Shown piece after piece: positions 25,469 through 36,616 of a DNA stretch of 64,000 nt; the stretch's first letter is position 1, and the number at the start of each line of letters is the position of its first letter. Origin of the DNA: Ginglymostoma cirratum. Its lineage: Eukaryota. The stretch covers positions 62,001 through 126,000 of the forward strand of contig JAHRHZ010000110.1 in the NCBI GenBank assembly GCA_024137785.1, written 5' to 3'. A model generated the notes under the pieces. It was not told the origin of the DNA, did no database searches, and saw only the letters and a list, made by a program, of their open reading frames with translations. A program made the translations under genes and the position numbers.

Positions 25469-25868
25469 NNNNNNNNNNNNNNNNNNNNNNNNNNNNNNNN
25501 NNNNNNNNNNNNNNNNNNNNNNNNNNNNNNNNNNNNNNNNNNNNNNNNNNNNNNNNNNNNNNNNNNNNNNNNNNNNNNNNNNNNNNNNNNNNNNNNNNNN
25601 NNNNNNNNNNNNNNNNNNNNNNNNNNNNNNNNNNNNNNNNNNNNNNNNNNNNNNNNNNNNNNNNNNNNNNNNNNNNNNNNNNNNNNNNNNNNNNNNNNNN
25701 NNNNNNNNNNNNNNNNNNNNNNNNNNNNNNNNNNNNNNNNNNNNNNNNNNNNNNNNNNNNNNNNNNNNNNNNNNNNNNNNNNNNNNNNNNNNNNNNNNNN
25801 NNNNNNNNNNNNNNNNNNNNNNNNNNNNNNNNNNNNNNNNNNNNNNNNNNNNNNNNNNNNNNNNNNNN
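25469..25868. other. Assembly gap (400 N)
   Basis: Run of N. Confidence 1.
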
Positions 25869-25876
25869 ATCAACCC

Positions 25877-25910
25877 TTTCTGATGAAGGGTTTAGGCCCG
25901 AAACGTCAAG
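25877..25910 (+). ncRNA. Minimal hammerhead ribozyme motif
   Basis: ttt-CTGATGA-a-GGGT ttag GCCC-GAAAC-GTC-aag: canonical core, stem II, GUC cleavage triplet. Confidence 0.75.
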
Positions 25911-27242
25911 TTTTCCTGCTCCTGTGATGCTGCTTGACCTGCTGTGTTCATCCAGCCCCATGCTTGTTATCACACATAAACCGGTAACAGGTTCTGTAAA
26001 CTGAAAGGCCCCCAGCTGCGCAAAGAGACGGACTATTTGCACGAGGAACTTTTGCTGAGCCGAATGTTAACAGGTTCTGTTTTGCACTTGGTCAGTGCAT
26101 TCGGATATTGAGAGAAAGGCTGGTGTTTTGAGACGATCCAGGAATGCAGCCTTTTGTGTTTTCCTTCTCATCGATGTTTCAGGTGACATAGAAGATTGTC
26201 CTTCTGCGATTGTACTTCTGCGATTCTACCTTCAGGTCATCGTATCGAAACTTCGTCAGCTCCAGAGTTATCCGGTCAGACCCCAGACATACAGGTTTTA
26301 ATACAATTATTCTCAACATGTACCTTCATTTAATGCATAGAAATCTATGAAGAGATTGGAATCAAATAAACCCATGAATGATTTTCTCTTCCCCTGCTCC
26401 ACACAAAGTGAGACAGGGACAAGCAGTAGGATTTGACCCCGCACTCTTCAATCCTCAGCTGCCAGCAGAAGGCGGCGCTGCAAATTCAATCAGCCGCTTT
26501 GTGCCCATCCTCGGGAGGCAAGTTCCTCCAACCAGGGCCAAACCTATCAATACACCGAGCACAGGCTGAGGAAAACACAAGGAGATTCCATCCCGCTCAG
26601 TAAACTTCAGAGCAACGTTGACACAATGTCCAAGTGAGTAGAACCTACTCTGAGCCTCACTTCGGAAGCCTCAACTGATACAACGAGTGGAAACCTGATC
26701 CTTCTGAACAGCTGTTCCCGTGTGGAAAAGGGCAAAAATCCTTTTACGTTTCACAATGACTGCAGCAAATTCTTCTTGACCTTCAAATATATTTAACCGA
26801 ACTGTGAAAATCCAGTCCCCAGATGAGAAGCTGCAGAATTTGCTGATGCACTGAACAGACAAAGTGCTGAAAGTATTGAGTGAAACTGGGCAGACAGACA
26901 CGCATTTCACACAGTCTGTAGCAGAAATGACTGGGTTTATTGAAGCAGATTCACCGTCTCTCAGAGTGACTGGCAGTCGCATGAGCAGCTCAAGGTTGAA
27001 GGCACCGACATTAAAATATGAATTGTGAATGTCAAATCCCGGAACAAGCGCTGAAAATGGATTATAATGGTCTGAAGGAGGAACAGCTGAAAAGTTGGAA
27101 GATGGAACGGATGTTATTTGTGATTTAGAGAAATGAACTGAAAATTTGTGATTTTCCAGGTGGATCATCTTTCGCACATTGAAATTCGGTTGCAGGGGAT
27201 TTGGCTCAGTGTGAAAGGGGAAAATAACTAGCCTTTCATTGA

Positions 27243-27321
27243 GACTGGCGTGGTCAGTTGGTAGAGTATGATCTTCTTAATTTCAGGGTTGCGTGTTGTG
27301 GGTTCAAACCCCAGCTGGGCG
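27243..27321 (+). tRNA. tRNA-Lys(CTT) pseudogene with short insertion in the variable region
   Basis: tcagttggtagagtatgatctt-CTT-aatttcagg[gttgcgt]gttgtgggttcaaaccccagctgggcg. Confidence 0.8.
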
Positions 27322-28120
27322 TATTTGCTTTTTGCAAATTTACTTTCTGAGGCGAAGCCTAGTTATTGTGTCCTCCCGCAGCTTTAGGTACGCCTAAAAT
27401 AAGGTTTCTTTTCTGCTGCTTTGATTAAGATACTGGTTTCCTGTTTGAGAATGCAAATTGTTTCCACTTCACTGGACGTCCCAGAGATCAGTTTGTAGGT
27501 GCAGCCACTTGTATAATAAATGACAAGACTTTGAAAGGGGCAAACCCAACTCCAATCCTGCACCAACAAGACTGTTCAGAGTCACAGAATGAGAATGGTC
27601 ACTTCCTGGGATTCTCCATGTCAAATGGAGCTGAACCAGAATTACTTAATTCTGAGGGTTCCACGGAAAACATCAGTGAAGTCTCCTTGAATGTTACCCA
27701 ATTCACAAGGAAAATTATCTCCTTTTCTGACCTTGTGGGTTTAGTCAATAAAATCTTCATTCTCGGTCACAGTGGGGAAAAATTGTGAGTTTTCAGTGTG
27801 TGACAGAAGTGATGTGGGTGAAACCGGAAATACGGTGCAGTGTTCTTTATCGAAGCATAATATACTTTCGCACAGGCACATTATATTTGTTGTTCAACCG
27901 AATCTCACAGGATGCGCTGAGCTTTGTGTTGATAGTCGGTTTCGTTGAAGGCTCTCGGCATCTGGCGCGAAAGTGATATTGTAGCCAGGCACAGTTAAGC
28001 AGCAAACAAAACACAGTAGAAGAATGGGATTCCTCACAAGAGTTTCCTGGTGCCTTTGGGTCAGTTGTGTGCAGTAGCATCATTGGAAAATATCATATCC
28101 GAGCTACAATCCCACTGTGT

Positions 28121-28202
28121 GGTGACATGATCGTGCAGTCTGAGCTGCTTTATTCAGTTTTCAGTCTCTGAGAAAATGTGCGCTCAAATCCCACTGTGGA
28201 CA
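28121..28202 (+). pseudogene. Decayed tRNA-Leu (CAG-like)
   Basis: gcagtctgagctgc..ttCAG..cagtctc..gtgcgctcaaatcccactgtggaca. Confidence 0.55.
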
Positions 28203-28303
28203 GCTGTTATACAGAAGTTGCGTTTAACATGTCTTTGTTTTGCCCAAATTAATCTTTGACGTGGGACAGCAGAAAGCCTCCATCGGGTCAGCGTCCATGG
28301 CAA

Positions 28304-28365
28304 GTTTCTATGATGCAGTGTTTATCACATGCGGAATGTCTCCAGCATAATAGCGGGAACAAGCA
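28304..28365 (+). pseudogene. tRNA-Val remnant lacking the anticodon arm
   Basis: gtttctatgatgcagtgtttatcacatgcggaatgtctcc, consistent with deletion between the two TCAC words of Val-CAC. Confidence 0.55.
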
Positions 28366-29628
28366 GGCTGCGCTGTAACGCCATGTCCCAGGCAAGTTGC
28401 GTTGCTCACCCTATTCGCTGAAAGTGAATGCAGATCGTTATTTTGCTGCTGGTGTGAAACAAAATCCTGCATTCAGTCTACTTGCGGTTATTTGCCTTTT
28501 CTGGCGAAAAGGAGGGTACTGCGATGTGAAATTTCTCCCATTTCCTCCATTTCTGTTCTGGAGATGGTAGCTAAAGAGCCACCTTCTTGATCTGCTGCAA
28601 CCGTTGCGGTGCAGGCGCACCCGCACTGTTGATCAGAAGGGAAACCTAATCTAACCGAGACTGTGATTGTTCACGTTCTCTTTTCGTGAGGTATTCTTAC
28701 TCTATTTTTTTTTTCCTGACTTGAGCAGTTTCTGGTAAATGGCGTTGGAGTAAACCCTCAGTGTATTTGGAAGAGCAGTTTGAAAATGCCCCTGGGTATT
28801 GGGGTATTGGCATCTGGTGGGAAATTGATATTGTAGTTGGGTATAGCCAAGCAGCTAAGAAAATGGACGAGGAGAATAGGCTTCTTCGAAGCCCTTGCTG
28901 GAGACTTGGCTTTTGTTGTGTTCCGGCAGCAACATTGCAAAAATCATTTTTGAGACAATCGCTCATACAACATGGTGTTGTGTGAACTCACGTATTTGCT
29001 CTTGCCCAGAGGTGGAAATCTTCGCCGGAATACTGACCAACGAAGCAGAAAGACAGGGAAAGTGAAAGGAATTACCATAATGTTGCTCGTGCCTGGAATG
29101 CCTGTGGAACAATTTCTCAATGGGATCTGGCGTTCTTGGATTCTAAACCTGCTTACCATTCGAGATGAAGATTTTTTTTCTCTTTTGGAGTCACTTATTT
29201 TGCATCACAGGCTTAATAACTGTAAATATGTTGGACGGTATCATCTTGTCAGCGGCTCACTCGGCTTTTGTGCATTTTCCCTGCAGTCCAGTGCTGATCA
29301 TGTTACACTTCCACCGGAAAGTTATTCTGGTTTGAACAAGGACCGAATCGTATTCCAAAGTGAAAATATAAATTCCAGAAATGTTGTAGATGACGTATTT
29401 TATTTTTCGGAGTATACATTCTCACAAACACAAAACATTTGTTGATCACCGAGTCTAAAAGATATGTTCAGCTTGCCATTCTTTTTTGTTTTGATTGAAG
29501 GGCTGCAGGTATTCGTTGCAGCACATATCACACGCGTAAAGGTATGGGAGGAGTAGAATCAGGATCGATATAAACCAATGACTAATCTCCCAGAGCCAAT
29601 CCCAGAGATTGTAATCTTCACTACAATA

Positions 29629-29866
29629 GTGAACATTTGGACCCAGTGCCTGATGTTAGACTGTGACCACTCTCCCACACAGCCCAGTACAAACCAGTGA
29701 ACTTTCTCCCACAGTGTCCGATATAAAACAGTGAACATTCTCTCGCAAAGCCCAACATAAAAGAGTGAACATTATACTCCAGATCCCGATATACAACGGT
29801 GACCAGTCTTGCCCAGAGCCAAGAATAAAATAATGACACCGCTAATCCTAATAAGACCGCATTTAG
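29629..29866 (+). repeat. Degenerate 34-bp minisatellite, ~7 units
   Basis: gtga/atga anchors at 29629, 29663, 29697, 29731, 29765, 29799, 29833; consensus close to gtgaacattctcccacagagcccgatataaaaca. Confidence 0.9.
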
Positions 29867-29959
29867 TATGGCTAACCAACCTGGCCTGCACATCCCCGCA
29901 CACAACGGGGAAATTTCCCATTTTAATTATATGGAATATATGAAGCCAAAAACAGGAAA

Positions 29960-30049
29960 GACTTGTTGGATTAGTGGTATGACCCTTGGTGAGGGTACTA
30001 TGCAGTGTTAACATGCGAGAGGTCCTGGGTACAACTCCTCGGTGAGCCC
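29960..30049 (+). tRNA. tRNA-Pro(AGG) pseudogene with 18-nt insert at position 37/38
   Basis: gacttgttggattagtggtatgacccttggtg-AGG-g[tactatgcagtgttaaca]tgcgagaggtcctgggtacaactcc..gagccc. Confidence 0.8.
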
Positions 30050-30099
30050 AGGTATGTTATTTCACTTTTGGGGGAGCGGGGATTACAGTGCTGTCAGGC

Positions 30100-32225
30100 A
30101 AGAACTTCGGAGAGGAAGTTGGGAATAGATGTTCTCAGAGAAATGCATAACAGAAATGCGGAGGTTGTTTAGGGAGCACTTGCTGCAGCTACTGGATAGG
30201 TTTGTCCCACTGAGGCAATGAAAGGATGGTAAGGTTAAGGAGCGTTGGATGACGAGACACGTGGAACATTTAGTAAAGATGAAGAAGGAAGCTTACTTAA
30301 GGTGAGGGAAACATGGAACGTATAGGGCTCCAGAGGTCGAAAAGGTAGCCAGGAAGGAATTGAAGAATGGAATTAGGAGAGCAAGAAGTGGGGTATGGCA
30401 GGTAGGATTTAGGAAAATCCCAAGGCATTCTGTACTTACGTGAGGAACACGAGGATGATCTGAGTAACGGTAGTGCCGATCAGAGATAGTGGAGGCAACT
30501 TGTGCACAGTGTGGGATGAGGTAGGGGAGGTCCTAAGTGAATATTTTGCTTCAGTATTCACCAGTGAGAGGGACCTTAACATTTGTGAGGATAGCATGAA
30601 AAAGGCAGATATACTCGAATAGGTTAATGTTAGGATGGAGGATGTGCTACAAATTTTGAAAGACATGAGGATAGATAAGTCCATGGGCCAGACAGGATAT
30701 GCCCAAGGTTGCGACAGGAAACGAGGGAAGAGAATGCTTCGCCTTTGGTGATGATTTTTGTGTCCTCACTATCTACTGGAGTACTACCAGATGATTTTAG
30801 GGTGGCAAGTGTTATTCCCTTGTTCAAGAAAGGGAATAGGGATAATCCTGGCAATTACAGAACAGTCAGTCATTCTGTGGTGGGCAAATTATTGGATAGG
30901 ATTCTGAGAGACAGTATTTATGATTATTTAGACAAGCACAATTTGATTAGAAATAGTCAATGTGGCTTTGTAAGGGGCAGGTCATACCTCACAAGACTTA
31001 TTGAATTATCTGAGGATGTGGAAAATTACATTGATGAAGATCGAGCAATGGAAGTGGTGTATATGGATTTTCGATAAGCATCTGAATAGTTTTCCCAAGG
31101 AGGGCTCACTTAGAAAGTTAGAAGACATTGGATTCATGGAAACTTAGTTGTCTGGCTACAGAATTTGCTGTCAAATCTGAGCCAGAAGTTTGCAATAGAT
31201 GGAAATTATTCAGCCTGGAGCTCGGAGATCAGTGATGGTCTGAAAGAATCTGTTCTGGAACCCCACTCGTTGTGATCTTTATAAATGAATTGGATGAGGA
31301 AGTGGAAGGGTGGGTTAGTAAGTTTGATGATGACATGAAGTTTGGTGTCATGATGGATAGTGTGAAGAGCTGTTGGAGGTTGCAACGGGACATTGACAAG
31401 ATGCAAAGCTGGGCAAAGAAATGGCAGATGGAATTCATACTGGAAAATTGTGAAGTGTTTCATTTTGGAAGGTCGAATTTAAATGCAGAATTTTGGGTTA
31501 ATTGCAGGATTCTTGGCAATGTGGAGGAACAGAGGGATCTTGGGGTCATCGGAAGACCCCTCAAAGTTGCTACCCAAGTTAATAAGGTTGTTAAGAAGGT
31601 GTATGGTGCGTTGGATTTCATTGGCAAGGGGATTGATTTTAAGAGGCGCAATGTTATGCTTCATTTACTTAAAACATTGGTTAGTCCACACTTGGATTAT
31701 TGTGTTCAGTTCTGATGGCCTCATTATAGGAATAGAGTGAAAGCTTTAGTGATGGAGCAGAAGAGATTTACCCGGATGCTGCCTGGACTGGAGGCCAGGT
31801 CTGATGAGGAAAGGTCGATGGAGCTAGAGTTTTTCTCTTTAGAGCGGAGAAGGATGAGCTGTGACTTGATACAGGTATATACGATTATGAGAGACACAGA
31901 TAGTGTGGATACCCAGAGACCTTTTTCCCAGAGCGGAAGGAACTATTATGAGGGGGCAAAATTTTAAGATGATGGGAGGAAAGTATAGTGGAGATTTCAG
32001 AAGTAGGTTTTTTACACAGAGAGTGGTGGGAGTGTGGAAGGCGCTGTCGGCGGTGGTAGTCGAGTCAGACATATTAGGGACTATTAAGCGAGCCTTGGAC
32101 AGGCGCATGGATGATCGTAAAACATAGAGTATGCAGGGTAGTTTGATCTTTGGGTAGGGTAATAGTTCGGCGCAACATCTTGGGCCGAAAGGCCTGTGCT
32201 GTACTCTTCTATGTTCTCTATGTTC
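30100..32225 (+). mobile_element. 5'-truncated CR1 LINE (~2.1 kb), RT region with stops and frameshifts
   Basis: LPDDFRVASVIPLFKKGNRDNPGNYR, VVYMDF, IFINELD..SKFDDD, HFGRSN, FFTQRVVGVW; (ttcta)n-like tail. Confidence 0.95.
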
Positions 32226-32229
32226 ATTT

Positions 32230-32365
32230 CACCTCGCCTGCATAAGTTTACATCGTGGAAAGAAATTGAAGCACTCAGAAGCAGACATGGTGAGAATGCG
32301 CATACTCCACGCAGACATCAGCTGAAGCTGAAATCGAAGTTGGGTCCTTTTGGCTGAAAGGCTCC
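32230..32365 (-). mobile_element. HE1/V-SINE fragment
   Basis: gagaatgcgcatactccacgcagaca, similar to 4158-4184. Confidence 0.6.
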
Positions 32366-32380
32366 CAAAATTCTTCGATC

Positions 32381-32452
32381 CAGCCCGCTAGGGGATTGAG
32401 ATCCAGTTTCCTGCATGACAGGCAGGGATACTGACCACTATCGCGCTGAGGA
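32381..32452 (-). tRNA. tRNA-Asp(GTC) pseudogene
   Basis: Reverse strand tcctcagcgcgatagtggtcagtatccctgcct-GTC-atgcaggaaactggatctcaatcccc. Confidence 0.85.
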
Positions 32453-32574
32453 CCTCGAGTGCAAATGCCCCTTCAGCCCTTTACGTGTGCACCAATCAAA
32501 TATAATCACTTTAAGTACCCAAATTATTTTCTTATTGCTTAGCCCATCGTCATCAAAGCCATAGCATTACAAAT

Positions 32575-32990
32575 TCACATCTGAATGCTTCTTACAGTCA
32601 TCAGGATATCTGCCTCTCGGACACAGACAGGCATTGGCTTCCAGATTCCAAACACCCGCTGGCAGAAAGTGTTTTCCCGCAAATTTGCTCAAAGCTTCCT
32701 TCCCCTTACATCAAATCTATGGGCCCTGGCGATTGATCCCTCCATCAAGGGGAAGCGTTTACATGAGTCTACCCTATCATAATCACTCATTATTTTGTAC
32801 ATCTCCTCTGCTGTAAGGAAAACGACCACAGCCTGTTCGATCTCTCTTCATAACGGAAACTCTTCAGCCTAGACAATATCCTGGTAAATCTCTTCTGCAA
32901 AGTTTCTGGTGCTATCACATACCACAATAACATGAATTAGAGACCTGCACACAATACTCTAGCTATAGCCGAATGAACAAATGCAATAAA
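32575..32990 (-). mobile_element. CR1 ORF2 3' fragment (part of the triplicated module)
   Basis: Reverse-complement paralog of 56630-57010 and 60790-61205. Confidence 0.75.
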
Positions 32991-33500
32991 TGATGCAGAA
33001 AGCCACAGAAACTGGTCTTTTCCGATGAAGTCTATTTTGCTCCTTATTGCCTTGTGTCGTTTTCTTAAGTCTGATGTTCCAATAATCATTGGTCCATGTC
33101 AGTAAAAGCTGCGACATGAGGCTTGATCTCACCATCCCAGTATCTAAATATTTCATCTGATTTGAAGTTCCCGGTGGTGAGACAGGCCACATTCACACAG
33201 CAACACTGACCGAAACAAGACAGAATGAACGATGTCAATGTGAAAATGGATGTTAGATTGTGCAGTGCCTCAGTGAACTCGAAGAGGGACGTAAAGGAGA
33301 GATAGTGATTGTGGTTGGAGAGAAATGTCAAGTGGTGGGTTTGAATTCTGACACATCAAATGCAGATATGTGAGAGAGCGGGGGTTGAGAGATGATTGTC
33401 ACCACTTCAAAGAATATTTTCACGTAAAAATGTTTGATACTTGCCGCATTTCTATAGACCGTGTCAGAAGGAATAAAAAGAAAGTGCAGCAAGCACCCAT

Positions 33501-33572
33501 TGCCGTGACTCGGCTTCGAACCGAGCTTGCTGCAGCCACAACGCAGTGTACGAACGAATATACGATCACGGC
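33501..33572 (-). tRNA. tRNA-His(GTG), best-preserved copy but D-loop/A-box mutated
   Basis: Reverse strand gccgtgatcgtatattcgttcgtacactgcgtt-GTG-gctgcagcaagctcggttcgaagccgagtcacggca; acceptor stem perfect; T-rich run downstream. Confidence 0.92.
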
Positions 33573-34151
33573 ACCACATGAAATGGCTTATTTGCAAAGA
33601 ACAATAATTACAGTGGCAGAGGATACATTGAGAACAGCACCGAATTCCACAATAGGAATTCTTTCCAAGCAGTGCACTGTAATGTGGGGAATCACAGAGG
33701 GCTGGCATCTGTAATTACGATGCTACCAGAGGCTTTGAATGTCCCTTCATTGAGAATGTTGAAGACTGAGATTGATAGATTTCTACAAAATATCAAAGAC
33801 TGGGGGGATAGTGCAGGTTCTTGTCGAAATGCATCTTTCAACAGCAATCTAGTTTAACATTGGATACTTTACCAGTTTCTTCATACAAAGAAGTAACCAT
33901 TACTGCATACGACCATATAATCCCAGTTCCCAGGCCCAAAACCAGAGAAACTCAATGGCCCAGCCACAAAGATATAACCTGAAATGGGAATGGCAATGAA
34001 CGCGCGGAGCTACTCTGTGATAACAGATGACAAGATAGTCAGTGCATTATGAGCCAACACAAGGTGACAAAATCGAGATAGAGCCGAGGGGATGATGTGC
34101 AGAAGGATGAGAGATGAAATGCTGAAGAAGACAGTGACCAGGGTGATACAG

Positions 34152-34247
34152 ATAGAAGTGACGCAATTGGTGAGTGCGCGGTCCTTCTACGATGGAATAG
34201 AGGCTGGTGAAATGCCGAGGCTGTGAGTTCTAACCTCACCCGGAGCA
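34152..34247 (+). tRNA. tRNA-Ile(TAT)-derived intron-containing pseudogene, anticodon TCT
   Basis: agtgacgcaattggtgagtgcgcggtcct-TCT-a[intron]atgccgaggctgtgagttctaacctcacccggagca followed by gctttt. Confidence 0.85.
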
Positions 34248-35014
34248 GCTTTTAGTGACATGGAGCAAGGATTATTGGGGCATCAAGCAGTACGAAAACA
34301 TAGTCAGCAATTTTAATTTGAGTCAACATCGTTTTTGGCAGCACATTTATTTGTGGATTGAGGGAGGATCTGTCCGTGAAAATACCACAATTATAATGAA
34401 AAGTGCTGCAAATATTCAACTCGTCAAGCGAGAAATCTGTGCTGGGGGAAATGGAGGTCACGTTTTCGCTTTCTTACTTTTGTCATATTGTTGACCCTGC
34501 ACTGGGTTGATTTATGGGAAGGGCGTTTTTGATTAGCTCATTTCATATTACTCAATTTCAAGCAAACACGCACAGGTCGTTGAAGTAATCTAAACTTCAG
34601 AAAAAAATATCGTTAATATATGCTGTTGTGATTAGGCTCGAGTTTACCTCAGGTTACGGAGGGAAAGCAGGAAAGCGGAATTGACATTTATCTGATCAGA
34701 AAATCAGATCATTGAATGGCTGAGCAGACTCGATAGGATGAATTGCAGCTTCCTGACGTCAAATGCCGGTGAAATTCACTGCGTCACGAAAGGGAGACTA
34801 TTGAATTGAAGTAGTGAAGGTGATTATCTTTGCTGGTTGTCATCTTATGAATGTTACTCTGATTGCTGATGTCCCTGCTAACAACAGAACACAAAGGTGA
34901 ATAGCCTGACTAAGCAGTATCGGCTGAGGCAGCTTTCCACACTTTAAGTGGCTGGAATATGAACTCCGATGTTCTCGGATACATTAACTGACATTGAAAG
35001 GATTGCAAACAGAG

Positions 35015-35740
35015 CTGCACTTCCTGCTACACTTCAAAACCAGAACCTGATTACAGCCAAGGGAAAAAGCATTCGGCCAGTCCCATCTCCGTGTTACTCC
35101 CCCATTGTTTCCTTGTCAATCTGCAGTTTATAATACCTCACCTCACCTATCTTCTGGCCTGTGGAGGAACTGACATTGTCATAATTTCAGACGATATTGA
35201 AAGTGTTCCTTTGGAGTTTGGATGCAGCAGTAGTACAAACATTCTCATATGCTCCAGTTAGAAGTAAACTCATGACCGCTGCTTGACAAGAGCATTAGTT
35301 TCAATACTGCTCTACAGAGCGAAGACTGTGCCCTGTAAGGTAAGGTTTCATGATTTTGAAACTGCAATGTAATAGATGACGGGATGGTCTGTGCATTGTA
35401 AACCAAGACAGTGTGACAACACCGAGATGGACCCGAGGGGAATCATAGGCAGAAGGATGAGAGATGCAATGCTGAATCAGACAGTGACCAGGGTGATGAA
35501 GATCGGAGTCTTCCCTGGTAGTCTACTGATTAGGATTCAGTGCCTTCACTGCCATGGTGTTTTCATGGTTAAAATTTACAATAATAAATATAAAATATTT
35601 ACTGATCTTTAGAAGCAGAATTATGTTGTGGACCAGTCAGTATCGCTTCATTCCATATTACAGTTCTACATCAGCAATGTCAGCTGCAATTGCCTGACGT
35701 GCGATTTGTCTAAGACAAGGACAGTGAAGGTCAGGAAAAC
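35015..35740 (+). repeat. ~0.73 kb segment duplicated in inverted orientation at 45427-46135
   Basis: Colinear reverse-complement similarity including the truncated Glu tRNA. Confidence 0.9.
35512..35558 (+). pseudogene. 3'-truncated tRNA-Glu(TTC)
   Basis: tccctggtagtctactgattaggattcagtgccTTCactgccatgg. Confidence 0.75.
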
Positions 35741-36039
35741 TGAAGGGCAATGGTGGCTTGTGAGAGTTGACTGTGGGCCGAATGGAGCCAGGCTCATTGT
35801 GGGCATTGAAGACTGTTTTTCCCCTGTTTGCCCTGGTATACAGATCACTCTTGATCAATCAACCACAATACCTGTCCCTTTGTTTGCTGCCCTTTGCACA
35901 TCTCACCTCGATGCAGTGCCTCAATGGGATCCACACATATTGAAGTTGGCAAATTTTACTCCAGTTAGTTGTGCAGACTTATATTAATGTCATGCATTTT
36001 AGAAGTAGAAAGAGACAATTCAACCCATCATGTCTGCTC

Positions 36040-36310
36040 CACTTAAATGAGCGCATAATCCTGATCTGATAATCCTGAACTGCACTTTCTTGGATTTCAC
36101 TTTAACCGTTGATACCCTAGATGCTAAAAATTTTTCGATCTCAGCCTTAAAAATACTTAATGTCCCAGGCTCGACAGCCCTCTGTTGTAAAGGAATCCAC
36201 CGATTCGCAAACATCTGAGAGAATAAATTTTACCTCGTTTCTGCCTTAAATGTGTGACCTCCAATGTGATATCAGACACTCCATTCCTTGACGGCCACAC
36301 ATGGGAACTA
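36040..36310 (-). mobile_element. CR1 3' fragment
   Basis: AVEPGTLSIFKAEIEKFL motif. Confidence 0.7.
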
Positions 36311-36545
36311 ATCTGTCTGCATCCAATCCGTTACATCACCAAATCAACTGTATCTTTCAATAAGAAGCATTTTTGTAGGTCTGTCTCTGAGCAGATGAAA
36401 GCAATGGATTTCAGTGCTTCTTCCCATTTAATTCCTCTCTGTTGTGAAAGTCTCACTGATTCTGATAGCGATGCTCTCTTTGCTAGTCTTAATGCCAGAA
36501 ATTCATGTACACGTTAAGAGTTTGTACAGGAACAATAAATCCTCA

Positions 36546-36616
36546 TTCCCTGACTGGAAATCAATCCAGGAAACAGCAGTCAGAGTGCTGAATCACAACT
36601 ACTAGCGCACCAACGA
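36546..36616 (-). pseudogene. Decayed tRNA-Glu(CTC-type)
   Basis: Reverse strand ctagtagttgtgattcagcactctgactgc..ctggattgatttccagtcagggaa. Confidence 0.7.

Larger units (their letters stand above)
25328..25973. mobile_element. Penelope-like insertion with identical inverted termini, centre lost in assembly gap; 12-bp TSD
   Basis: 25366-25468 is the exact reverse complement of 25869-25971; acataaaccggt at 25316-25327 and 25974-25985. Confidence 0.8.

Noticed and set aside
25376-26042. ORFs spanning the N run
   Set aside because: Artefacts of the assembly gap
26415-26516. Possible Leu-type tRNA on the minus strand
   Set aside because: Only a loose B-box-like end; no convincing cloverleaf or anticodon arm
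28972-29445. 157-aa ORF
   Set aside because: No recognisable motif, splice context or compositional support
29629-29866. CRISPR-like array
   Set aside because: Contiguous degenerate tandem units without unique spacers, in vertebrate DNA with no cas genes
30709-32127. Functional reverse transcriptase gene
   Set aside because: Multiple stops and frameshifts, FADD mutated to FDDD, 5'-truncated CR1
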